From NCBI RefSeq assembly GCF_009914755.1, contig NC_060944.1: DNA of 64,000 nt; one strand, given 5' to 3'. Below the pieces are notes generated by a model, which worked only from the letters and a program-made list of their open reading frames with translations, searched no databases and was not told where the DNA came from. This document shows positions 32,671 through 45,376 of this stretch, piece by piece (positions within the stretch are counted from its first letter, which is position 1; the number at the start of each line of letters is the position of its first letter). A program made the position numbers and the translations under genes. Source of the stretch: the human T2T-CHM13v2.0 reference genome, Homo sapiens.

Positions 32671-33807
32671 ATAATGGCTATTGATTTCTTTTGGGAAGAA
32701 AGTTCTGTGAGAACCAGTGCCAGGGTAGAAAACCTGAACTGTAACTGATGAACTGATGGGAGCTCAGTGTGGATAAGTCTGAGAACTAAAAACTCCAGGG
32801 GGATCCAGACATGAGAGGCCTTCATACTTTTGTAAATTTTACTTCCTGGAACTCTACTAGATTCTTACAGTGAAGATTAGAGAAAAAAAAATCTTGAGTT
32901 TCTGGCATGGGTAGTCAGAATGCCAGAGCATTCACTTCTCAACAAGGCCTGCCCTCAAGAGGAACTGTTTTGCCAGAGCCTAACCTATTGGTGTTTCATG
33001 AGAGATGAATTGACCTAGGGGAAGACAAATGCCCCACCCCAGCTTTCTTTAGCCATCCTGTACCACCCTGGGGGTGAAAAAAACCTGAGAAGCACTTGTA
33101 AAGTGTACAGTCAATGATTATAGTTTATATATAAGTGAAATAAATGAGAGCAATGGTATAAAGGACAGGAGGGAGGGATTAAGAATATTTTATTATTATG
33201 AAGTACTCACACTACTTGTGAAGCAGCACAGAGTTATTTGAAAACGGACTTGGATTAGTTGTAAATGTGTATTGCAAACTTGAGCCACGACTAAAAGAGT
33301 TTTAAAAATATAATTGATATGCTAATAAAAAAAGAAAATGCAATCATATAAAATGCTCAACTAATGCCACAAAAGGCAGAAAATGTGTAGAAAACAAATG
33401 TAGAAACCAAGAGAAAAGGCAATGAATAGAAAACAGCAGCAAATATGACCGATATTAATCCAAGTATATCAATAATAATTTAAAATGTTAATGGTCTAAA
33501 TACACCAATTAAAAGACAGATATCATCAGAGTGGATCAAAAAACAAGAGTCAACTATATGTCCTGTATAAGAAACCCACTTTAAATATAAAGATGCATAT
33601 AGATAAAAAGTAAAGGAATGGGGAAAGAAATATGAAACACCAATCAAAAGAAAGATGGAGGAGATATATTAACTTCAGAGAAGGTAGACTTAAGATCAAG
33701 AAAAGTTATCAGGGATAAAGAGGAGCACTAGTACATAATGATAAGGAAGTCAGTTTTCCAAAAAGTCATAGCAATCCTTAATCTGCGTGCGCCTAACAAC
33801 AGAGCCT

Positions 33808-34049
33808 CGCATATTCTCACTCATAGGTGGGAATTGAACAATGAGAACACATGGATACAGGAAGGGGAACATCACACTCTGGGGACTGTAGTGGGGTTGG
33901 GGGAGGGGGGAGGGATAGCATTAGGAGATATACCTAATGCTAAATGATGAGTTAATGGGTGCAGCACACCAGCATGGCACATGTATACATATGTAACTAA
34001 CCTGCACATTGTGCACATGTACCCTAAAACTTAAAGTATAAAAAAAAAA
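33808..34049 (+). mobile_element. Young 5'-truncated L1PA2/3 3' end (about 240 bp)
   Basis: CGCATATTCTCACTCATAGGTGGGAATTG..GTAACTAACCTGCACATTGTGCACATGTACCCTAAAACTTAAAGTATA followed by A-tail. Confidence 0.9.
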
Positions 34050-37000
34050 CAACAAAATATGTGAGGCTAAAACTGATAGAAATGTAAGGAGAAATAGATG
34101 AATCCACTCTTATAATTGGTGACTTTAACATTCTTCTATCAGAAATGGACAGACACAGCAGGCAGAAAATCAGTGAGGACAATGTTGAACTCAACAGTAC
34201 TGTCAATCAACTGGATATAATTGATATCTATAGATTACTTCATCAAACAACAGCAGAACACACATTCTTCTCAAGCTTACATAAAATATTCACCAAGATA
34301 GGCCACATTCTGGCCCTAAAATGCACATTAACAAATTTAAAATAATAGAAATAATACAATTTAAGCTCTCAGACAACAATGTAATTAAACTAGAAAGCAA
34401 TAACAGAAAGATAGCTAGAAAATCCCCAAATAGTTGGAGATTAAATATCATGCTTTTAAGTAACATATTAGTCCGAAAGGAATCTCAAGAGAAATTTAAA
34501 AATACTTTGAACTGAAAAAATGAAAGTACTTGTCAAGATTTGTGGGATGCAGTGAAAGAAATACTAAAAAAAATTCATAGCATTGCATGTCTGTATTAGA
34601 ATAGAAGAAAGATCTAAAATCAACAATCTAAGCTTCCTCTTCAGGAAACTAAAAAAGGAGAGCAAATTAAGTGCAAAGTAAGACCATTTTTGGTCTTATG
34701 GAAATAATAAAAATTAAAGTGCAAATCAGTGAAATTGAAAAGAGAAAATTAATAGAAAAAATCACTGAAAACAAAAGGTAGTTCTTGGAAAAGATTAAAA
34801 CTGATCAGCCTCTAGTTAGGCTAAATAAGGAAAAAAGAGAGAATAAATTACTAATATCAGAAATAAAAGCAAGATATTACTACAGATCCCATGGACTTTG
34901 AAATAATAATAAAAATTACTATGAACAACTCTATGTTCATGAATTCAACAACCTGGATAAAATGAACCAATTCCTTGAAAGATACAATCTGCCAAGATTC
35001 ACATAAAAATAGACAATCGAATAAATTTTTGCCTATTGAAGACATTATATCAATAATTAATAACCTCTTCAAAGAGAAAGTACCAGGTCCAGATGGGTTC
35101 ATCAGCAAATTCTACCAAACCCTTAAGGAAGAAGTTATACCAATTTTATCTCTCTTCCAGAAGATAAAAGGAAAGGGAATATTTCTAACTAATTCTATGA
35201 TGCCAGCATTACCCTAATAACAAAACAAAATAAAGATATTACCAGAAAACTAAAGACCAGTATTGCTCATGAACATATCATAGAAGCAAAAAATCATTGA
35301 AAAATATTAGTAAATTAAATCCAACAATCTATAAAAAGACTTATACAGCATGACCAAGTGGGATTTATTCCAGGTATGCAAGGCTGGTTCAACAATTAAC
35401 AATTAATTAATGTAATGCATCACATCAATAGAAGAAGAAAATCACAAGATCATATCAATAGATAAAGAAAAGCACTTGACAAACTAACAACCATTCATGG
35501 TTAAATAAAACCTCTCAGCAAACTAGGAATAAAGAAGAACTTCCTTATTTTGAAAAATAATATCTACAAAACCCTACAGCTAACATCATATTGAATGGTG
35601 AGGAAACTAAAAGCTTTCCTGCTAAGATTAGGAACAAGGCAAGGATGTTTTCTCTTACTACTCCTTTTCAACATCAAACTGGAGGTCCCAGGTAAGGCCA
35701 TAAGGCAAGAAAAGAAAAGAAAAAGGTACAGATTGGGAAGGAAAAAAATAAAACGGTCTTTGCTAACAGATGAATGGTTATGTTATCTGGAATCTATAAA
35801 AAACCCTCCTGGAACTAATATCATAGCAAGGTTTCATGATACCAGATACAATCACTTTCCTATATAACAACAATGAACAAGTGAAATTTGAGATAAAAAT
35901 ACTTTACTGTTTACATTAGCACACCCCAAAACAAAGTACTTAGATATGAATCTAACAAAATATGTGTGAGACATAAATGAGGAAAACTACAAAACTGATG
36001 AAAAAAATCAAAGAATGAAAGAAATGGAGAGATATGCCATGTTGATGGATGGGAAAACTCAATATGTCAGTTCCTTCCAATTTCATCTATAAAGTCTATG
36101 TAATCCCAATAAAAATTCTATCAAGTTATTTTGTGGATATGAACAAGCTCATTCTAAAGTTTATATGGAGAGATAAAAGACTCAGAATAGCCAACACAAT
36201 AGTGAAGGAGAAAAAGAAAGTCAGGGAACTGACACTACTTGACTTTAAGACTTACTATAAAGCTATAGTAGCAAAGACAGTGAGGCACTGTTGAAAGAAC
36301 AGACAAATAGATTAGTGGAATAGAATAGAGAGCCCAGAAATAGACCCACATACATATAATGGTCAGTTACTGTTTGACAAAGAAGCAAAGATAGTCTTTA
36401 CAACGGAGGATGCTGGAATAACTAGACATCCACATGGGCCCTCCCCCACCCTCACCAATAAAAAGAATCTAGACACAGACCTCAACAAAACTAATTCAAC
36501 CGCAACAAAAACTAATTCAAATGGGATCACAGTACTAAATATAAAATGCAAAACTGTAAAACGACTAGAATACAACATAGGAGAAAATCTATATGGCCTT
36601 GGCATATGGTCTTGACTTTTTAGATATAACACCAAAAGTATAATCCATGAAAGAAAAAACTGATATGCTGGACATCATTAATATCAAATTTTCTGCTCTG
36701 TCAAAGACATTGTTAAGAGAATGAGAAGACAAGCCACAGACTAGGAGAAAATATTTGCAAAAGATATATCTGATGAAGGACTGTTATCCAAAACATACAA
36801 AAAGCTTTCAAAACTCAACAAGAAAATGAACAACTTGATGGAAAAACAGGCTTAGGACCTGACAAAATATCTCACCAAAAATATATACATATAACACATA
36901 AACATCTAAAAAGGTGCTCGACATTGTAAGTTAATAGGGAATTGCCAATTAAAACAATGAGTTACCCCTACACATCTGTTACAATGGTGAAGACACAGAA

Positions 37001-37421
37001 TACTGGCAAGACCAAATGCTGGCTGGGACGTGGAGCAATAGGAACACTTATTTATTATTGATGGAAATGCAAAATGATACAGCCACTGTGGAAGACAAGT
37101 TGTCAGTTTCTCACAAATAATCTTACCATACACTCTAGCAATCATGTTTCTTGGTACTTACCCAAATGAGCTGAAAACTTACATTCACGCAACAATCTGA
37201 ATATGAAGGTTTATTTTTAACTGCAAAAACTTGGAAGCAACCAAGATGCCTTTCAGCAGGTGAGCGAATAAATAAACTGTGGTGCATCCAGACCATGGGG
37301 TATTATTCAGTGCCAAGAAGCTATCAAGCCATGAAAAGACATGGAGGAACTTTAAATGTATGTTATTATATGAAAGAAACCCCAAAAGCACACATACTAT
37401 ATGGATTTCCAACTATATGAC

Positions 37422-37774
37422 TGATATGGTTTGGCTGTGTCCTCATCCAAACCTCATCTTGAACTGTAGCTCCCATAATCCCCACGTGTCATGGTAGGGA
37501 CGTGGTGGAAGGTAATTTAATCATGGGGACAGGGTTTCCCAGGCTGTTCTTGTGATAGTGAATAAGTCTCACGAGATCTGATGGTTTAATAAAGGGGAGT
37601 TCCCCTGCATCTACTCTATTGCCTGCCGCCATGTAAGATACGCCTTTGCTCCTCCTTCACCTTGCACAATGATTGTGAGCCATGAGAAACTGTGAGTTAA
37701 TTAAACCTCTTTCTTTTATAAATTACTAAGTATTGGGTATGTCTTTATTAACGGCGTGAGAATGGACTAATACA
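37422..37774 (+). mobile_element. THE1 (B/C) solo LTR
   Basis: TGATATGGTTTGGCTGTGTC..GTAGCTCCCATAATCCCCACGTGTC..GGACTAATACA; degenerate TSD ATGAC/ATAAT. Confidence 0.9.
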
Positions 37775-38500
37775 ATAATACTCTGGAAAAAGAAAATCTA
37801 TCAGTAGTTTCCCAGAGTTGGGGGGTGAGAAGGATGGGTAGAGAGAGCACAGAGGAATTTTAGGGCAGTGAGATTGTTCTGCATGATACTGTAGTGGTGG
37901 ATACATGTCATTATACATTTGTCCAAACACATAGAAAGTACAACACTAAGAGTGAACCCTAATGTAAACTATGGATTTTGGGTAATTATGATGTGTCAAC
38001 ATGGGTTGGTTCATGGATTGTAACACATGCACCACTCTGGTGAAGAATTCAGGGAGGGTGTGCATGTGGGCAGGCAGAGGGTACATGGGAACCCTGTACT
38101 ACCTACTCAATTTTGCTGTGAATCTAAAGCTACTCTGAAAAATAATCTATTTAAAAAAACAAAACAAAATCAGCCAAGGTGAACTTGAACACTGAATTAA
38201 TGATGTTTTACCCAGCCTTTGGAGTGTAGAAGGCTGGTATCTATGCTCAATATTTTCAACATTGAAATACAACATCTGAAAGACTTTTATACCCCAAAAT
38301 ATGAGGACAATGACACGTATTTTCCTTTATTCCTCATTCTTTCCTAAGAAAGCTAGGGTAGAAAAATAAAATGAGGAGTCACCTAGTATTAACGCATTAG
38401 ATTAGGGTATTAGAAGGGGATTTATCAGACTGTATGGTTTATCAATTTATGTGGACAGGGGAGACTAGGGTCAGAACTAATATATCTGAGCCATGTCATC

Positions 38501-38700
38501 TGTCTTAGTTTTGTTTCTCCTAGAAGCTGAGCTGAGACAAGGATTCAAGTTCAAGGACTTTATTTGGGAAATGAAAGGAACTCCAGTAGGGGAGTCAGGA
38601 AGTGATGCAAGGAAGGGAAGTGTGTTCTCAACTCAGCCACTGCTGTGGACAACTGGAGCTTGAGTTTGCTGGGTAAACTGTAAGCCAGTCTGCAAAAGGC
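38501..38700 (-). mobile_element. ERVL LTR33/LTR16-like fragment
   Basis: TGTCTTAGTTT..CTGAGACAAGGATTCAAG..TTTATTTGGGA. Confidence 0.6.
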
Positions 38701-38725
38701 TAGAAGAGTTATTGTATTAATATTT

Positions 38726-39161
38726 TGAAGGATCTCAAAGTCAAATAAAATATAGGAATCAATCTCTAAAATTAAAATGTTTTATTTTGGAGGAAAGAAT
38801 TGCAATTTGGGGCATCCTTGTAGGCTGGCTGGTCTTCAGTATGTCCAAAGAACAAAGGAGAAATGTTATGTATTACTCTTTGAGAAATTTCTTTGGCACT
38901 AGTAAGCTTTTGAGGAGCTGGCAAGTTCTGATAGGTAAGTGACTGTGGTGGGCAAAAGTAGTCTTAGTTGCAGCAGGTCATTTCAGCAGCCATTAGATAA
39001 AATTGGTTTCAGGTTATGGCAGGGAGTTCAGCAGCCAGGCTTGCAGAGAATTACATTTTTGGAGCAATGTTTTGTGCCCTGAGTACTTTTTCTCCTGGCC
39101 TCTTGATTCTGTTTTAGTTGGGTATGACAAGAATGCTTAATTTTTATGATCAGCTTTCACA
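38726..39161 (-). mobile_element. ERV1 (MER4-group) solo LTR, family not resolved
   Basis: Minus strand starts TGTGAAAGCTGATCAT..CTTGTCATACCCAACTAAAAC, with AATAAA near its 3' end. Confidence 0.65.
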
Positions 39162-39289
39162 AGGGCAAGGGAGTTGGGATAAAAGAAAAAGTTATCCTTT
39201 AACACTTGTCTGAGTTGGGGGTTGAGATTCCTACCTGCTTCAGTTGTGTTTGTGGAGATAGAAATGGCATAATGACTGTATGGAAGAAG

Positions 39290-39870
39290 GAATGGTTAAT
39301 TAGCTTTGTCTGGGGTGTGGCGGGGTAGGTCATGGAAAGCTTCGCAAAGGAGATGATATTGAAGAGGGGTCATGGTGAAAGTTTTGGGGTCAAGAGAGGA
39401 AGGGACTTCCAAACATAATAAGTAGCATGTGGAAAGGCATGGGTGTGGGAAACAGCACAGTGAGTCTAGGGGACAGTACCCCATCTGGTCCTCTGGTCAC
39501 CTGGTCTTCTAGTGTGGTGGAAGCCTGGGCTTGAGATGGGGCAGGGAGTCGGTGGGGAGGGAGGGATGGAGAGATGGACCACAGCCAGTCACAGAGGGTC
39601 TTATTTGTCTGGATTTTGTTCTATAAGCAAGGGGGTGGAATTGAAGTGTTTCAAATAAGGTCAGATTTGCATTTTAAGAAGACCATTTTGACGAGTGTGG
39701 AGGGTGACTTAGGGCCACAGTGGGGTGGTTGTTCGGGTAGAGCATGCAGGAGGGACATGGAGGCAGAGAGACTGGCAGAATGCTCTGGGAAGAGCTGAGG
39801 GTGATAAGGGAGCGCTGGGAGGAAACCATGCAGGATTCATGGGATAAAGGAGCTCCAGAGAGAGAGGAGT
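39290..39870 (-). mobile_element. L2 fragment
   Basis: GGAAAGCTTC..GGAGATGATATTG..TGGATTTTGTTCT..CAGATTTGCATTTTAAGAAGACCAT. Confidence 0.65.
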
Positions 39871-40025
39871 TGAGATGATGTTAACTCTTATTTCAGCAAC
39901 AGTAGCAATGCCGTGAGGTGGTTATTAACTTCTTTTAACTTTTAAATTTTGACGCAGTTTCAGATTTTCCGAAAAGGTGTGAGATTTTCTTTTCCTGTTT
40001 GAAAATAAGCTGCAGATGTGATGTC

Positions 40026-40387
40026 TACTGCAGACTGAATGTGTCCCCCAAATCCATGTGTTTAAATGCTAACCCCTACTGTGATGGTATTAGGAGGTGG
40101 GGCCTTTGGTAAATGATTAGGTCAGAGAGTGGAGCCCTCATTAATGAGACTAGTGCCCTTATAAAATAGGCCTCAGAGAGCGCACCTGCCTTGTCCATTA
40201 TGCAAAGACACAGCCAGTAAGAAGTCACCATCTATAAACCGGCAAGAGAGCCCTCACCTGAGACCAACTCTGCTGGTGCCTTGATCTTGGAATCTCAGCC
40301 TCCAGGACTGTGAGAAACAAATTTCTGTTTTTCATAAGCCACCCAGTCTATAATACTTTGTTATAGAAGCCAAAATAGACTGAAACA
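40026..40387 (+). mobile_element. MLT1A0-like solo LTR
   Basis: GACTGAATGTGTCCCCCAAATCC..GGTGGGGCCTTTGG..CAGCCTCCAGGACTGTGAGAAAC..GACTGAAACA. Confidence 0.85.
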
Positions 40388-40668
40388 ATACCCCTTTGCA
40401 TTTTTAGTTATTGTTTTTCCCTAAAACAAAAATTCTCTTATATAACCATTGCACAATTATGAAAATCAGGAAATTAAATATTTATAAAATACTATTATAT
40501 AAACTATAGACATGATTTAGATGTTGGTCCCTTATAGCAAAAATAAATAAAGAAAGAAATAAACCAAGAAATGAAAAAAATCCTGGCTGCCGCATTGAGT
40601 TCTGTTGTTATGTTTCTTTAGCCTCCTGCAATCAGGAACAGTACCTAGACTCTTTGTCTTTCATCTCA

Positions 40669-41090
40669 TGTGTGTGTGTGTGTGTATATATATATCTATG
40701 TATATGATATATATATATCATGTATATATGTATATATATCATGTATATATATATCGTGTATATATATATCATGTATATATATATATTATATATATATATA
40801 TGTACTACAATCAGGAACAGTACCTAGACTCTTTGTCTTTCATCTCATGTGTGTGTATATATATGTATATATATGTGTATATATGTATATATATGTATAT
40901 ATGTGTATATATGTGTATATATGTATATATGTGTATATATGTGTATATATGTATATATATCGTGTATATATATCATGTATATATGTATATATATCGTGTA
41001 TATATGTATACGATAAATATATGAAAAAGTACATATATAGATATATATGTATATGTATATATATGTATATATACTTTTTCATATATATAT
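40669..41090. repeat. Compound (TG)n/(TA)n/(TATG)n microsatellite with embedded duplicated unique segment
   Basis: Visible directly; interrupted at 40808-40849 by a copy of 40629-40670. Confidence 0.95.
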
Positions 41091-41610
41091 GCTTTTTGAC
41101 ATATTTGAAGTGCACAGGCCCATTGTGTTGCAGAATCTCTTTCCACTTGAGTTTGTCTCATGTCTCCTATGACTAGATTCAGGTGATTATTTTTGGCAGA
41201 AACACATAGAGGTGTGTTGTGTCTTCTCAGGGCATGTGACGAAGTATGTGGTGTTGACATGTCCATTATGAGGGTGATAGCTTTGAGCACTTGGTTAAGG
41301 TGGTATCTGCCAATTTCTTTTGGTTTAAAGTCGCTATTTTTCCCTTTGTCATTTATAATGACCTCGTGGGGAGATACTTTCAGACTAGGCAAATAACCCA
41401 TTTTTCCTCAAACTTCTACCCTGTGGTGTTTACTCTTAACACACACTTCACAGAGGAAACTGATGCTCAGAGAGGTGGAGCAACTTGTCGGGCTCATGAG
41501 GTCAGCAAGCAAAACTCAAGGTTCAATTTTCTGACTCTAGGTCAGACCTCTTCACCCATGAGTGATCTCTATTCCTGGCTTAATAATGTCAGTTTCTAAA
41601 CCATCCTTTG

Positions 41611-42050
41611 TGTGTCAGACCTGCCATGCCTTGCCCACATTTCCTTAGCCCTTACACTTGAACCTTGCTTCTGGGTGCAGCATCTGAGAGCTCAGCATGG
41701 TCACAGCACCAGCTCTGCCACCCTGTGCCCATCAGAGGTGGCACCCACTGGGAGCAGCCCTGGACTAGTCAGTGACCCCTCATACCACTCAGGAGTTGCT
41801 GTAGACATTCCTCAGCAACCTTGCCCATTGTGTGGGACGCTGTGAGGTGTGTGCTCTACATTGTTTCCCAGAGAGTCCCAGCAGGAGGAAGCTGCAGTGC
41901 CCACCACAGGGACCTGCTCGAGTGATGTACTCTCATTGGCTTCCTTCACATCCCCCTATCACCCATCCCCATTAGTTCTGGGATCACCTCCTAACTAAAG
42001 CACATGAATCCTTCTCTTGGACGTGCCTCTAGGAAAATATAAACTAGGGT
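41611..42050 (+). mobile_element. LTR16-like ERVL LTR
   Basis: TTTCCCAGAGAGTCCCAGCAGG..CTGGGATCACCTCCTAACTAAA..AAACTAGG. Confidence 0.6.
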
Positions 42051-42810
42051 CTTTGTGAAGTTTTGTGTTTCCTCTCCATTCTGGTCCCGCCTGTGAGCCC
42101 CATATCAGGGTCTCTCAAAAATCATAAGCGCCAAAATGAGCACAGCCCCCAGGTGGAGTTTGAACAGGCTAGGATGGAGCCTGCTGAGTTCTCAGGAGGG
42201 CACTTGAAGGGTAATCAGAGGAACGTATTCCCTTGCTCAACTCCAGCGAGCTGGAGACTTCCAAATTGGAGGCTGGATCCGATTGTATAGTCAGAGACAT
42301 GGTTGAGAACATGCATATGCCAGAACTGAGGGCCTGAGCTCACTGTAGCCAGCAGTGGCCCTTCCCATCTCCCTTTAGGAGCAAGTGATAAGAGGAGTGT
42401 GAAATATGAAGTTGGCTTGAAGCTACAATGTTGGGGTACACACATCTTTTGAGCTAGCATCTTAGGAGGGGCTTCCTTGAAGCAAGCCCTATGATGACAA
42501 TCTGTGTGCGTGTGTTTCATTAAGGCAGGACTCCGGAGAGAAATTGAAAAGGCAGTAGAGCAGGCAGGGGAGAGAAGCAGCAGCAGCAAGCAAGGGAGTA
42601 ATTTCAGGTGATACTGTGGGCAGTTCTGGAATGTGAATTGCACCAAGAGTTCGCTCCACCTCAAGGCCAGGGAGTGAGGCTTTCATACCCTGCACCAGGG
42701 AGGGCAGGCACATCAACTCCAAGGCACTTCTTGCTTTCTTTGTTCTGGGTCATAGTTCCAGCAGTGCAAGGGCATTGAAGTGGGTTGCAGGTGTGAGTGA
42801 TAGGAGTGAA

Positions 42811-43111
42811 GGCTGGGTGTAGCGGCTCCTGCCTGTAATTCCAACACATTGGGAGGCTGAGGTGGGAGGGTCGCTTGAGGACAGGAGTTCAAGACCAGCC
42901 TGGGCAACATAGAAAGACCTCCTCTCTACAAAAAATAAAGAATTAGTTGGATATTTTGGTGTGTGCCTGTGGTCCCAGCTACTTAGGAGGCTGATGTGGG
43001 AGGATCACTTGAGCCCAGGAGGTTGAGATGGCAGTGAGCTGAGATCACACCATTGCTGTCCAGTTTGAGCAACAGAGCAAGAACCTGAGTCAAAACATAA
43101 ATAAAAAAAAA
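42811..43111 (+). mobile_element. AluJ
   Basis: GGCTGGGTGTAGCGGCTC..GATCACTTGAGCCCAGGAGG..A-tail. Confidence 0.9.
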
Positions 43112-43151
43112 ATGTGAAGTGCACAGAAGAGGGCTGGGCACCCAGAACTGG

Positions 43152-43583
43152 TGTATTAGTCTGGTTGGGCTGCTATGACAAAATACCACAGAGTGGGTGC
43201 TTTGAGCAACAGAATTTTTTTTCTCACCATCCTGGAGGCTGGAAATCAAATATCAAGGTGCCACCGGGTTGATTTCTGGTGAGTGTTTCTCTCCTTGGCT
43301 TGCAGGTGGCCACCTTCCCAAATGGTGCCCTTATTTGGCCTTTCTTCTGTGCCTGCACATCCCTGGTGTCTCTTCCTGTTCCTATGAGGACACTAGTCAG
43401 ATTGGATTAGAGTCCCACCCTAACAGCCTCTTTTTTTTTTTTTTTCCTTTTTGCCTTTACCTGAGAATCTAATGCTTTATTTAACCTTAATTACTTCTTT
43501 AAAGAAGCTAACTCCAAATACATCCACATTGGGGGTTAGAGCTTCAACCTATGAATTTGATGGGACACATTCAGTCCATGACA
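43152..43583 (-). mobile_element. MLT1B-like solo LTR
   Basis: TGTATTAGTCTG..GCTATGACAAAATACCACAGA..CATTCAGTCCATGACA; TSD ACTGG/AATGG. Confidence 0.85.
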
Positions 43584-44624
43584 AATGGTGAGAAGGCTCT
43601 GAGGTCATCTGGGTGCAGTCCCAACAGTATCTATGCAGACACTTTAAGCTAAGGCCTCACGAAACCTTCTTTAGTAACCACTTCACATTGTGGGTTCATA
43701 GTAAGTGTTCTATTACCCAAATCCTCAACACCAGAGCTGTCTCCAGCCTATACCTATACAGTTTACCATAGCCATGCTCTTGGTCTTTACCCATCTTCAG
43801 GGATGGAGCACTCCCCTAGAGCTGAAAAGATCTCTGAAAGAGCTGAATCCATGGCTTCATTTTGCAGATGGAAGAAAATAAGGCTGGGGAAAGCCAAATG
43901 CCTCCCTGGAAGTTGGTGTCCTCATGGTAGAGTTGAGCTCACCGTCCAGACCTCTAGACTGAGCAGGGGAGAAAGACCTAAATTTCATTGCATGCTGCTT
44001 CTTTTTTATGTGCAAAGGAATGTGTAGCTGTTTTCCCCCATCAGATTTGCATATTCTCTTCTGGCTGCCAGGGGTGCAACCTTTTTCTCAGGGTTAATGG
44101 TATTTACATCAGTCTGAGACATCAACAGGCGCTCAAGACCCAGACTTTGCAATTAAGCCATTCCATAAGCAAAGAGGAGCTTATGGAGCTTTGTGACAGG
44201 TTGAATATTTATAAGCAGGCTTATCTTAATTAAGATTGCTGAGTGGCCAAGCTGGAATGTGTTTTCCTCTTTCACACAATGTCTTTCAGCTGGGAGGTCA
44301 CTGGCGGTCAGGTTTTTGGGATGGTGGGTGGGGGAAGATTTGGCGATTGAATGAGCCACCTGCAGAAGATGGGAGAGGGTCAGCAGCTCATTCACAGGCC
44401 ACCCTGAAGAACTTCTCTTGAGCAATCTGTTTACTTACCCAGCCAGCTCACGCTTAGCCTGGGGCTTGGCACTAGTTATTCTCTTCAAAAAAGCAATGTG
44501 TGCGATAAGCAACATATGCATCTGGCTATGGTTTATGGTAGACTCTGTCTGGTAGGCATGGAGCTATTTCATCTCAGCAGAGTCATCTTTTCTCGCTTGA
44601 TCCAGCTGGCCAAAGCAAATGGCC

Positions 44625-44722
44625 TGTGGAACCAACTGGTCCTTGTTTGCCTGGGATGCTTCTGGTTTTAAAAGTCAAAATTCTATATCCTGAAAGTTCT
44701 CTTAGTCTGGTAGGTCACTCTA
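44625..44722. mobile_element. MER81-like hAT-Blackjack remnant
   Basis: ACCAACTGGTCCTTGTTTGCCTGGGA..GGTCACTCTA. Confidence 0.5.
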
Positions 44723-44782
44723 TTTTTAGACCAAGAAGAGAAATCTCATTGGAATGAAGGCCCATTACACCTTGGCGGACTC

Positions 44783-45376
44783 TATTTTAAAAAATTTAAC
44801 TGACAAGTAATAATTGTATATATTTATGCGGTACAGTGTGAGGTTTTGATATGTGTATACTTATGAAATAATTAAATCAAGCTAATTACTCTGTCCATCA
44901 CCTAATCTACTTATTTTTTGTAAGAATATTTAAAACCTACTGTTTTAGTAATTTGGAAATATATAGTACGTTATTAGTTGATTTTCACACTGCTATAAAG
45001 TTACTACCTGAGACTGGGTAATTTATAAAGGAAAGAGGTGTAATTGACTCACAGTTCCACATGGCTGGGGAGGCCTCAGGAAACTTACAATTATGCTGGA
45101 AGGCAAGGGGGAAACGAGCTTGGACCTTTTCAAATGGCGGCAGGAGAGAGAGTGTTAGCAAGAGTGGGGAAAACTGCCTTATAAAACCATCAGATCTCGT
45201 GAGAACTCACTCACTATCGAGAGAACAGCATGGGGAAACCACCCCCTTAATCCAATCACTTCCTACCAGGTCTCTCCATAAACACCTGGGGATTACAAGT
45301 CAAGGTGAGATTTGGGTGGGGACACAAAGCCTAACTATATCAAGTACATTGTTATTAATTGTGCTTACCATGCTGC
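44783..45376 (-). mobile_element. L1MA 3' end split by THE1D
   Basis: TTTAACTGACAAGTAATAATTGTATATATTTATGCGGTACA..AAATCAAGCTAATTA. Confidence 0.75.
44970..45342 (-). mobile_element. THE1D-like solo LTR
   Basis: Perfect TSD AGTAC at 44965-44969 / 45343-45347; GGCCTCAGGAAACTTACAAT..GATTTGGGTGGGGACACA..ATATCA. Confidence 0.9.

Larger units (their letters stand above)
32715..38168 (+). mobile_element. L1MC1/2-type element, ORF1 region deleted
   Basis: 5'UTR is homologous (inverted) to 24450-24610 and jumps at ~33110 to the inter-ORF region. ORF2 remnants include RQGC, KVPGPDGF and LLDFKTYYKA. L1MC 3'UTR (GAGTGAACCCTAATGTAAACTATGG) and A-tail at ~38153. Confidence 0.85.
39930..41420 (-). mobile_element. 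Old L1 (L1MC4/5-like) 3' region, interrupted by MLT1A0 and microsatellite
   Basis: AAAATCAGGAAATTAAATATT..GACTAGATTCAGG..TTTTTGGCAGAAACAC..GTTAAGGTGGTATCTGCC. Confidence 0.65.
42460..43640 (-). mobile_element. LTR33-like ERVL LTR split by AluJ and MLT1B
   Basis: GAAGCAAGCCCTATGATGACAAT..GGCTTTCATACCC and terminal ATCTGGGTGCAGTCCCAACAGTATCT. Confidence 0.5.

Noticed and set aside
40605-41401. Long Y/I/C/M-rich ORFs (91-168 aa)
   Set aside because: Translation artefacts of the TA/TG microsatellite
42215-42664. 149-aa ORF with signal-peptide-like Leu run
   Set aside because: Overlaps an ERVL LTR remnant; the Leu run derives from a short CAG/CTG repeat
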